Below are positions 1 to 10,254 of a stretch of 44,528 bases of DNA, piece after piece. The position numbers and the translations under genes were made by a program. The stretch lies in NCBI GenBank assembly GCA_004431415.1, contig QPMI01000118.1:1-44528 (forward strand), given 5' to 3'. Source of the stretch: Cyanophora paradoxa CCMP329 (lineage: Eukaryota > Plantae > Glaucophyta). Position 1 is the stretch's first letter. Every line of letters begins with the position of its first letter. The notes below the pieces were generated by a model that searched no databases, was not told the DNA's origin, and saw only the letters and a program-made list of their open reading frames with translations.

Positions 1-2556
1 CCGCCGCCGCCGCTGGCGAGCGCGGCGCCGCAAGTGACCCTCGACTCGATCGTGACGCAGTACCTGCGGCAGCAGCACCGCGAGTGCCCCGACCCCATCG
101 CCGTCCTCCCCCCCTTCTCCCTCCTCCAGCCCCACGTCTGCCCCCCCAAGCCCCGCGACGACGGCCGCCGCGGCGCCCCGCCCAACGCCGCCCTCCGCCT
201 CCTCCGGCGCTCCATCCTGCCGCCGCGGGGCGGGGCCGGGGGCGCGGCCAAGGACCGGCGCCTGGTCTTCTCGCGCTTCCGGCCGCTGCGGGTGCTGCGC
301 GACGGGGAGCAGGACGGGGGCACGGTGTACACGTGCGCGGCGTTCCTCGACGGGGGCGCCCCCGGGCGGGAGCGGCTGCTGGCGGGGACGATGGGCGGCG
401 AGATGAAGCTTTTCGACGTCCGCTCCGCCGAGTACCTCGTCCGCCCCGCCGCGCCCCGCGTCGCAGTCCGTCCGCCCGCTTCGCTGAGCGCCCTGCGCTC
501 GTGAGCAGGAGACGTACCCGTGCCACGAGCGGGAGCTCTGGGCCGTCCGCACGTCCCGCTGCGGCCGCACCGTCGTCACCGTCGCCCAGGGTCCGCCCCA
601 TCCCGTCCCGCCCCGCCCCGTCCCCGCGCCGGCCTCGAGCGGCGAGCGCGCCCGCAGGGGAGACGCGGGTGTGGTCCTTCGAGGCGCCGGAGGGGGGCGG
701 CGGGGGCGGGGGCGGGGGCGGGGCCGGCGGGCGGCCGGCCCTCGCCTCCCGCTTCCTCCTCGAGGGCCTCCGCGAGGGTGCCCCCGCCCCGCCCCGCCCC
801 GCCCCGCCCGCCCCGCCCGCCCCCTTGGCTGGACTGACTCTGCGCGGGCAGCGGCGCTGAGCAACCGGGGGGACCGCCTCGCCGGCATCGTCGGCCGCCG
901 CACCGTCCTCCACCGCGCCGACACCGGCGCCCTCATCGCCGCCCTCGAGGCCCGCCCTCCCACCCCGCCCGCCCCCCGGCTTCGGCTTAAGCTCTCGCCC
1001 GGGCCTCCCGCCTCCGGCATCGCTGACGGGCGGGGCGTGCAGGACGTGTCGGGGCTCCCCGGGCAGGCGGCGCAGGCGGCGCCCGGGGTGAAGGCCTACA
1101 CGGGCTGCGTGGCCTTCAGCCCGGGGGACGAGCTGCTGCTCTCCGACGCCGTCCTCTGGGACCCCCGCCTGCCCCGCATCGTCCACCGCTTCGACAAGCT
1201 CACCTCCTTCGGGAGGCACGCCCCTCCCCCGCCCTCCTCCCCGCGCCGCGTGACGCGGGGCCGGGGGCAGCGGGTGCTTCCACCCGGCGGGGCACCAGGT
1301 GCTCATCAACAGCGAGGTGTGGGACCTCCGCACCTTCAAGCTCCTCCGCTCCTGCCCCGCCTTCGAGCAGTCCTACGTGCGCTCGCGCCTCCCGCCCGCC
1401 CCGGCCGCCTCGCCGCGCGCCGGCTGGGGCCGAGGGGCGCGCAGCTGCTGTTCAACGCGGCGGGGGACGTGGTGTACAGCGTGGCGCGGCAGTACGAGCG
1501 GCCGTCCGTGAGCGGGGCCACGCCGCCGCGCGCGCGGCGGAACCCCTTCGGGACGACCTTCCGCACCGTCGACGCCTGCGACTACGGCCTCATCGCCACC
1601 ATCGAGCTTGTGCGCGCCCCCTCCTATGCTCCTCTGCCCCGCCCCGGCCCGCCCGCCCGCCCTCGACTTGTGCTTGACGGAGGGATTGGAGGATTGCGAA
1701 TAGCGGCTGGCTCTGCGACTTTTAGCCTCTCCGCCCCGCTCGCCCGCCTGCCTGTCCTTCCGCCCCGCCCCGCCCCGGCCCCGCCCATCCCTTTCTAGAG
1801 AACCGATGACAGTCTAGGGGACTGAGAGCTAACGTGGCGCCGGGCGGGCAGGAGCGGCACGTGCTGGACCTGGCGGTGGACCGGCAGGACGACTGCCTGG
1901 CGCTGGTCGAGAACGCGGCGGGCGACTCCGCCGTGCGCCTCTACGAGGTCGGCCGCCGCCGCGCCGCCGACGCCGACTCCGACCCCGAGGACGGCGAGTC
2001 CGAGGGCGACCGTGCGCCCGCCCCGCCCCGAAGCCCCCTCTCCGGCCCCTGAGGCGGCGCGGCGCGGCGGGGCCGGCAGCGCCGCCGGACGACGAGTCGG
2101 ACGACATGAGCGTCGACGGCAACTCGCGCGCCGCCTCCAACGAGGGCCCGCCCCGCCCGCCCCGCCCCGCCCCGCCCGGCGCCGTCTGACGGGCGGGGGC
2201 GGCAGAGGAGGCGCTGCTGGGGGAGATCTCCGCCATCGTCAACGGCGAGGACGACGAGGAGGACGACGAGGAGGACGAGGACGGCGGCGCCGTGCGCCGC
2301 CCCCGCCCCGCCCCGCCCGCTCGCCCCGCCCGGCCCGGGTTGAGGCTGAAGGGCGGCGCAGGTGATCATCGGGGACGGGGAGGACGAGGAGGACGAGGAC
2401 GAGGTGATGGCCGGCGGCTCGGACGACGAGAGCGGTGCGGCGCGCTAGCGCTCGAGCGCCGGCTCGGGTCGGGCTGGGATGCATATGGATTCAGACCTCG
2501 CGCCGACCGCCCCGCGCGCAGAGGACGGCGACGAGGAGGACGCCGACGACGACTGA
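1..2556 (+). CDS. DCAF1: DCAF1/VprBP (CUL4-DDB1 substrate receptor), C-terminal part: WD40 region and acidic tail; 5'-truncated, 11 introns in window
   Basis: Spliced peptides TLDSIVTQYLRQQHRECPDPIAVLPPFSLLQPHVCPPKP, DRRLVFSRFRPLRVLRD and [36 protein letters not shown] closely resemble DCAF1 as recalled; D/E-rich tail; TGA 2554-2556. Introns: 439-508, 591-657, 778-851, 950-1042(GC), 1216-1270(GC), 1377-1444, 1610-1851, 2012-2079, 2146-2205(GC), 2292-2361, 2435-2521. Confidence 0.93.
1678..1733 (+). ncRNA. Candidate structured RNA hairpin inside the oversized DCAF1 intron 1610-1851
   Basis: cggagggattggag-ga-ttgcg pairs with tgcga-cttttagcctctccg using several G:U pairs. The host intron is 242 nt, against 55-93 nt for the other introns of this gene. 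Confidence 0.3.
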
Positions 2557-3737
2557 TCGCACGCGTCGCGCCCCCGCCCACCTGCAGTGCCGTGTACATG
2601 AGCTAGGCAATTAATCGGAAGCTGAAGTCTGCCACCGTGCTCGCGCACGAGCAGTCACCTAATCAGCGGTCATGGTCTTGTGTTCCAGTGCGCGGGAGGC
2701 CTTAACAGACCGGAAACGTTTAACAGACACCGTACGCGTGGCACACGGCCCGCGGCCGGGGCCCGGGCCGCGTCCTGGGGAGGCCTGAAGAGGACCCTGC
2801 AGCTGGTGGCTGCAGCCACTGAAATTGTGACATTTGTGATCGAAATTCAAGCTTCGCATTATGCCATGATGCACATGACCATTGACTCATGTAGAGAGTT
2901 TGGCGATTAGTTTTTCGCGAATTCGAAGCTGCAGCTGCAGCCTAGGTCTGGCAGCGGCCTGCTGCTGGTCGGGTGTGCCCCCTGCTTCTTTAGGCCCGGG
3001 CCCCGGGGGCTTGTGGGATATCGATGCAGCCTCAGGGCCTGGCAGAGGAGCGACTTTCCTTTTGAACTTCGAAATGCATGCCGCAGTGCACAGTGCCACG
3101 GTGCAGGCCTTTCAGTTTAGAGCCTGAGAGCTTGAACGAAGCGAGGTGCACGTGCACGTGGCTCAACAAAATGCAACCTGGCAACTTGCTGGAAAGCCAA
3201 ACTTGAACTGCTCGTCAATTATGTGATGGCCTTTAGAATGCAATGATTCAAGGTTTCATGCGTTTTACCGCAGTACGACTCTGCGAGTTAGGAATTTGGA
3301 ACCGTTGGATTCGGACCTTTAATTTGCCTGCAGCGCTAGCTGGTCAGTTGAACCTCCAAAACGTCCGACGGGCCGACGGTCATGATGCCATGAGAAACTC
3401 CCGGGCCCTGGGGGCCGCCGGGCCTTTCCCGAGTCAACTTGGCAATTTCAAATTTCTCCAATCGGGGAATCCTCGGTTTGGCGAGCACCTGTGTGCACAT
3501 GCATTTCTCAGAATCTGCCCCCACTGCCAGTGGCGGCCTTGCAATTGCACGCAAGTCTGAATCGTAAGTGACTCCGACAGGAAACTGGAATTACTGGCGG
3601 CCCGACTCGAGAAGTTTCGGCGAAACTTTGAAATGCATTTTGCACAAAACTGCCAGGCTGACTTCTGGAAGGCGCATCTGTCCCGTGTTTTCGCTAGCAC
3701 ACTCTCATGATCATATGCGCGCGCCGTCTGCTGCGCG

Positions 3738-5874
3738 CTACTCGTCCTCCTCCTCCTCCTTCTCCTCCTCGTCCTCGTCCTCCTCGTCCTCCTCGTCCTC
3801 TTCGTGCTCCTCGTCGTCGTCCATGTCGACGACGCGCCGCTTCTTCGAGGGCGCCGCAGCCTCCTCCTCCTCCTCGCTCCCGCCTTCGCCCTCGCCGTCG
3901 CCCTCGGCCGCCGCCGATCCGCCGGCGCCGCCGCCCCGCCCCCGCCCTCGCCCGCGCCCACGACCGCGGCCGCGCCCGCGGCCTCTGCCGCGGGGGGCAG
4001 CGGACTCGCCCTCCTCCGACCCGTCCTCCGCTCGCGCCGCGCCTCCGCCGCCGCGGGATCCGCGGCCGCGGCCCCGCCCGCGGCCCCGGCCCCGCCCGCG
4101 GCCGCGCTTGGCGGGCGGCGCGTCGTCGCTGTCGCCGTCTTCCCTCCGCCGCTTGCCGCCGGCCTCCGCTTCCGCCCCCTCGCCGTCCTCGCTGCTCCCG
4201 CCGCCCGGCGTCACGTTCGTCACGATCAAGCGCTTGACGGCTGCGGCGGCGGTGAGGCGGGGCGGCGGCGGGCGCACGAGCGGGGCGGGCGGAGGGGGGC
4301 GGCACCGTGGAGGTCCCGGAAGCTGGTGCCCCGGGGCAGGGACTCGGCCGCCGCCACCGCCGCCTCCCACTCCGCCTGCCCCCCCGCCCGACCCCCGCCG
4401 CGTCAGCCACGGGCTAGCCACGGGGTCGCCCGGACGCGCCTTCGAGTGGTGCCTGGGGAACGGCTTGGCGCCGCGCTTGGCGAACTCGTCGAGGGCGCGC
4501 TGCCCGCCCGGCCCGGCGCGCCCGTCGAACGGCCACGCGCCCTTCGTGCCGTAGTCGTCGGGCCGCCACCCCACCTTCCCGAACTCTGCCCCCGCGCCCC
4601 CTCAGGGTCCGAGAGCGCGCCGGGGCCAGCGCCCAGTGCGAGCGCGGCGGCGGCGCACCGCCGGTGCCGAACCACTGGACGATGAGGAAGGCGGAGCGGT
4701 CCCAGTTGCCGTCGGCGATCTGCGGCCGCCGCGGCTCGTCCCGAGCGAGGCGGGGCGGGCGGGCGGGGCGGGCGGGGGGCGCGCCTTGGCGGGGAGGCCC
4801 TCGCACTCCTCCGTGACGACCACCGCCGGCCACATCGGGAAGCCCCGCAGCTGCACCCTGCGCGCCCCGCCCCGCCCCGCCGCTGAGACCAGAGGAGCAG
4901 AGGAGGCGCGGGGAAGGCGGACCAGAGGAGCTGCCCGAGCTTCGGCATGTCATCCGCCCGCCCGCCGGCCCCCTTCGCCTTGCCCCCCGCCCCCTCCTTC
5001 TTCTTCTCCGCCTTTGGCGGCCGCCCGGGGCCGCGCTTCTTCGGCTTCTCCTCCTTCTCCTCCTCTTCCTCCTCGCCCTCGGAGCTGTCGCTGGCGGCGG
5101 CGGCCGCCTTCTCCTTGTCGGCCTTCGGGGGCCGCCCGGGCCCCCGCTTCTTGGGCTTCTCCTCCTCCCCCTCCTCGTCGCCTGCCGCCGCCGCGCTCTT
5201 CTTCTTGTCGCTCTTGGGCGGCCGCCCGGGACCGCGCTTCTTCGGCTTCTCCTTGTCCTCCTCCTCCTCCTCCTCCTCCTCCTCCTCGTCCCTGTCCCGA
5301 GCCGCCGACGCCTCGCTCCTCCGCTCAGACTTGGGCGGTCGACCGGGCCGCCGCTTCTTCGGCTTGTCCTTGTCCTCCTCCTCGTCGCTCGCCGCAGCCT
5401 CCTCCTTCTTCGCGGCCTTGGGGGGCCGGCCCGGACCGCGCTTCTTGGGCCTCTCCTCCTCCTCCTCCTGCTCCTCCTCCTCCTCGTGCTTCTCCTTCTT
5501 CTTGTCGGAGCTGGGCGGCCTGCCCGGCCCCCGCTTCTTCGGCGTCTCCTCGTGCTTCTTGCCGTCCTCGCCGCCCGCCCCGGCCGCCTTCTCCTTGTCC
5601 GCCTTGGGCGGCCGCCCGGGCCCGCGCTTCTTCGGCGGCTCCGCCCCGCCCCTGTCCACCTCCTTCTGGGCCTTGGAGGGCCGGCCCGGGCCGCGCTTCT
5701 TCGGCTTCTCCTCCTCCTCCTCCTCGCCGGCCGACTCTGCCGAGGACGAAGAGGAGGAGGACGTGGAGGAGGACGCCTCGCTCGCCGAGTCGTCGTCCCC
5801 GCCCTTGCCCTTTCCCTTCTTCGGCTCCTTCGCCGGCGCCAGCTTCCGCGGCAGCCCGGCGCTCCGCTTCGCTC

Positions 5875-5906
<32 letters not shown>

Positions 5907-8900
5907 CCGGCCTTGGCCTTCGGCTTCTTGTCCTCGGCGCCCTCCTCCGCGCCCGCCTTCTTCTCCTTGGCCTCCTTCTCCGCCCCCGCGGCCGCCTTGA
6001 CGCCCCGCTCCTTCTCCTCCGCCCGCGCCGCGCCCTTGGCCGGCCCCTCCGCAGCCTTTGCCGCCGCCTTCTCGGCCTTCTCCGCCGCCTTCACGGGGGC
6101 CTTCTCGCCCGCCCTTGCCGCGCCCTTGCCCGCAGCCGTCTCCTTCTCCTTCTCCTTCTCCTTCTCCTTGTCCTTCTCCTTCTCCTTCTCCTTGCCCTTG
6201 CCCTTGTCCTTGTCCTTCTCCTTGTCCTTGTCCTTGCCCTTCTCCTTCTCTTTGCCCTTCTCCTTGTCCTTCTCCTTGTCCTTGTCCTTCTCCTTCTCGG
6301 CCTCCTTGGCTGGCGCCTTCTTCTCCGCCGGCTTCTTCTCCCCGCCCTTCTGCTCGCCAGGCCCCTCCGCGCCCTTGCCGGCCGCCTTCCCCTCCGACTT
6401 GACCGCAGCCGGCGCGGCCTTGTCTGCCAGAGCGGCCTTGACCGCAGGCGGGGCGGCCTTGTCCGAAGTTGAAGCGGCCTTGTCGGACGCGGCGCCCTTG
6501 TCCGCAGCAGGAGCGGCCTTGTCGGTAGCGGCGCCCTTGTCGGCCTTGTCGCCGGCGGCGCCGGCCGCCTTCTCCGCCGGCGCCTTCTCCACCGCCGCCG
6601 ACGTGCGGGGCGAGGCGGCGGGGATCTTCTCCGCCGGCGGCAGGGCCCGCGCCCGCGGAAGGTCCATCCCTGCGCGGCCGACGGCCTCAGCGAGCCGCGC
6701 GCACCGGCGCGTGCGCCGCGCTGCAGGGGGGCGGGCCTGGGGGCAGGAAGGAGAACTTGTCGGCGGCGTCGGGGCGCTCGGGGCCCGAGACGACCTGGGC
6801 CATCTGCGCGCGGCGGCGCGCCAGGTCCCCCGCCTCGCCCTCCCGCCCCGCCCCGCGGCCCGGCCCCGCCCCGGAGCCCGGCCCCGCCGCCCGCTGCGGG
6901 GCCCTGGAGGAGGCGGAGGAGGCCTCCGGCGACGCGCTTCCCGCTTCGTCGTCCTCCTGCGAAGGCCCCCGGCTCGGCCGGCGGCGCGGGCGGCGGGGGC
7001 GGGGGGGCGGGGCGGGGCGCACTTCGGCGAGGCTCGCCTGGATGAAGCTCGTCGTGCGAATGCGCTTCGCCTGCACACCGGCGTAAGCCACAGCGAGGAG
7101 CCGTGTATGTTCAGTGGCGGCACGTTCAGAGCTCCGGGCAACGACAGCGCGGCCCAGCAGGCGGCGGGTGACGGGGGGCGGGGCGGGGCGCACGGCGCCG
7201 AGGGCCCTGCGGGCGTCGGTGGGCGTGGCGTAGACGATGAGGGCCCTCCGGGGCTCCTTCGGCCGGCCCCTCCCCTTCTCCTTCTCCTTCTCCGCGTCGC
7301 CGGCGTCGCCATCCTTGCTCTCCCCCTCGGCGGGCGACGCGGCGGCCCCTTCCGGGGCGTTGTACGGGACCTCCCGCACGGAGCTGAGCCGTCGGCGTGA
7401 GGCGCGGGGGGCGGCGGGCGGCGGGGCGGGGCGGGCCTGACGGTGACGCCGCGGCCGAGCTCCTGGCGGATGAAGGAGAGGGAGTGGTCGGCGTTGTCCC
7501 ACACCACCTCCACCGTCCGCACCACCCGCGCCCCCGCCGCGCCCGCCGCCCCGGCGCCGGAGCCGCCGCCCGGGCCCCAGGCGGCGGCAGGCAGACCCGA
7601 GGGCCGCGTCGCGGAGGGGCCGGGGTGCCCGGGCGGCGGCGGGCGCCACGAGTCCTGCGCGGCCACGGACGGCGGCTCGCACTCCGGCTCAAACGTGACC
7701 TTCACCTGGCCCGCCTGCGCGCCGCGCGGCTCGAGGCGCGGCGCGAGAGGGCGGGGGGCGGGGGGCGGGGCGGCGCGCCTTGCCGTAGACGGGGTGGGCC
7801 TGCATGCGCTCCCGCACGGCGGCGGCCTCCGACGGGGCGCGGAAGTGCGCGCGGTAGTGGACGGGGGCGGGGGCGCCCGGCACGAAGGGGCCCGGGGAGG
7901 CGTGGCGGCCCCAGTACACGAGCATGCACACGCCGCTGTTCTCCAGCCTGTTCACCTGCAGGCCGCCCGTCGGGCGGGGCGGGGCGGGGCGGGGCCGGTC
8001 GGGGCGGCGGCCGAACCTCCTTGCGGATGGCGTCCGGAGAGCCCCTCCAGAGGGTGCAGTCGAACAGGAGCACCGAGGTGGGCGGCGGCCCCGCCGGCAC
8101 GGGCGGCGCGCGGCCGCGCGGCGGCGGCGGCGGCGCGCTGCTGGGCGGCGAGCGCGGTCGCCTGCAGGTCCACCAGGCCCAGCACCGAGGCCGACATCGC
8201 CGCCGGCTGAAGTGGCGCGGCAGGCGCCGCGCTGGCATAGTGGGCCGGAGGGGCCGGGGCGGCGGGGGCCGGGGCGGCCGGAGGCGGGGCGGGCGCGGCG
8301 CCCGGGGCGTAGCTCTCGAAGATGAGGTAGCCGCCGAGGACCCTCCGGCCATTGTAAGCCTCCATGGCAGCCGCTGCCGCCTCCTCCGTCCTGCGGGGGC
8401 GTCGGGGGGGCGGGGCGGGGGGGACGGCGGGGCGGGGCGCGGCGCACGCGAAGTGGTAGACGGCGCTGTTGGGGCGCGGGTCGGGCGCCTCCTCCACGTC
8501 CCCGAAGGCCTGCCGGGGGGTCACGGGGGGCTAGGGCTCGCCTTCGGCGCGCGGGGCCCGCGGACCCGGAGGAGGGCGAGGAGGGCGGAGGGATCGGCGA
8601 CGGCCGCCGGGCACATCCCGTACTTGATCGCCAGCGAGCGGCAGCCCGACTGCGGTAGCGACGAGGCCGCCGCCGACGCGGCCGGCGCCGGCGGCGGGGG
8701 CGGGGCAGGCTGGGGAGGTGGCAGGGGCGCGGCGGGCGGCGGCGGGAGGCCAGCCGGGGACGTGGCGGGCGAGACGGAGGCGTCGTCGGGCGTGGGGAGC
8801 CGCTGCGCTGCCGACGCGACCGGCGGGGCGGCGGCCACCGCAGCCGGCGCCGGCGCGGGAGCGTGCGCGAGAGCGGCGGCGGCGGCGGCGAGGAGGGCGG

Positions 8901-9924
8901 TATCCGGTTTGGCGCCGACAGGTATGGCCGCGCTGAGCCGCTCGAGGCCGCCGGGCTTCGAGAGGATGTCGGCTAGCGCGGAGACGCTGGCCAGCGGCAG
9001 CGCCGGTGTCGCCGGGGGCATCGCCGGGGGCACAACCGGGGCGCTGGAGGCGGGAGCCGGCACGGCGGTAGCGGGCGCCGGCTCCTTCTTGTAGTCGGGA
9101 TCCCACCGCGACTTTCGCCGCGGCTGGCCAGCCGCGGCGTCGCCTGCTGGCCCCGGCGCTGCAGGTGGCGCCGGCGGCGCCGGATGCGTATGCGTCGCCA
9201 CGGCGGCGAGCGGCGGAGTGCGCTGGCGCGGGGGAGGCGGCTCTAGGCGCTGGCGAGGCGGCGACTGCCGACGGGGCGGCGGCGGCGAGCGGGAAGAGCG
9301 CCGGTACGGCGGCGAGCGAGAGCGCCGGCGATAGGACCCGCGCGAAGGAGACCGGCCTTGACGCGGGGAAGACGATGAGCGCCGTCGCGGAGGGGACCGC
9401 GAATGACGCCTGGGAGAGCGATGCCCGAATTGACCGCCTGGATGAGAGTCGCGCCGCTCGGGCGCCTGCCGAACTTCGCCTGTGCTCATGAGTTAATACT
9501 CCCGGACCCATCAGGACAGCAGGGGCTTACCTCGAGACTCAGAGGGCGCGGGCGCGCGGGTCGGAGCTGGCGCGTCCTCCTCAGGATCGTACGTCGGCGA
9601 GGGCGCTTTTGGCTCCTTTTGCAACGACGATGGCGGGACCGGTGGCGGCGGCGGAGGAGGCGGAGGCGGAGGCGCGGCAAGCGATGGAGGCGCCTGAGCC
9701 GGGAAGGACTGCACCGGGACGAAAGCCTGGAAAGGGTACACGGGGACTGGCTGCGCTGCTGTTGCCATATGCTGACCCAAGTACGCGTAATACTGCGCAT
9801 GCTGGTAGGCGGCTGCGGCGGCTGCGGCGGCGACGGCAGTCGATTGCTGCTGCGGCGGCTGCTGACCATCACCGCGTTGCGTCTCCGCGTCCAGCACCCA
9901 AGGAGGTGGCCTCGAGCCCGACAT
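3738..9924 (-). CDS. Nuclear RS/ULM - 3x RRM-like - KE-rich - 8x AT-hook - PWWP - RG-repeat protein, 14 introns
   Basis: ATG at 9924 (MSGSRPPPW), TAG at 3738. A continuous frame results after removing introns 9480-9530, 8510-8565, 8391-8447, 7956-8016, 7706-7778(GC), 7384-7436(GC), 7071-7193, 6957-7022, 6670-6736(GC), 4858-4922, 4720-4784(GC), 4586-4658, 4376-4439(GC), 4241-4305. Confidence 0.8.
4340..4950 (-). other. PWWP domain
   Basis: Spliced PKLGQLLWVQLRGFPMWPAVV...FLIVQWFGTGEFGKV...AEWEAAVAAAE matches the PWWP pattern, including the F/W/F aromatic-cage positions. Confidence 0.88.
5012..5701 (-). repeat. Array of 8 AT-hook-like motifs (KKRGPGRPPK) separated by charged, mostly acidic spacers
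   Basis: Eight KKR[GR]PGRP[PS][KS] copies counted in ORF 4403..7705, most preceded by poly-E. Confidence 0.85.
6139..6300 (-). repeat. KE/KD low-complexity coding repeat
   Basis: (cttctc/cttgtc)n on + strand encodes KEKDKDKEKDKEKGKEKE... Confidence 0.9.
7023..8645 (-). other. Three divergent RRM-like domains
   Basis: Example: LLRAFGDVEE...SAVYHFATEEAAAAAMEAYNGRRVLGGYLIFES. Two further beta-alpha-beta-beta-alpha-beta-like segments end in HFRAPSEAAAVRERM...VKVTFE and ALIVYATPTDARRAL...IQASLA. RNP motifs are degenerate. Confidence 0.6.
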
Positions 9925-10254
9925 ACTCGTGCGCGAACTTGAATGCACGAACTTGAGTTTTCGCTTGACCCGATGTCGCTTCTTTGTACTGTTTAGAACC
10001 GCCTAAAGTCGCTTCGGAGCAGGAATCGGAGAGTCTCGCCTTCAAGTCGATCCAGGGAGGCTGGAGCTCGCTGCTTAGTTAACCGTACCCCCAGAAACAG
10101 TTCGAGTCCGACTTCGCGCAACGCCGGGCGGTCCAGGACGGTAGCTAAGGCGGCTGGGAGCGGCCTTGAGCCGGCTGAGCTCGAAAGGCAGCTCCCGCCC
10201 GAGAACCAGACTTGATCGGCCAGCCGCGTGCGGCCGGTCGGCCGTGCGGCAGCG
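9925..10254. promoter_or_regulatory. Short divergent (bidirectional) promoter/5'UTR interval between gene 2 and gene 3
   Basis: 330-bp AT-richer gap between head-to-head ATGs at 9924 (-) and 10255 (+). Confidence 0.6.

Noticed and set aside
2557-3737. Short ORFs or an RNA gene in the AT-richer gap between convergent genes 1 and 2
   Set aside because: No coding-like codon bias and no recognisable tRNA, snRNA, terminal inverted repeats or target-site duplications. Best read as 3' UTRs and spacer.
4947-7400. 817-aa + strand ORF rich in F/S/L
   Set aside because: Antisense shadow of the K/E-rich exon of gene 2.
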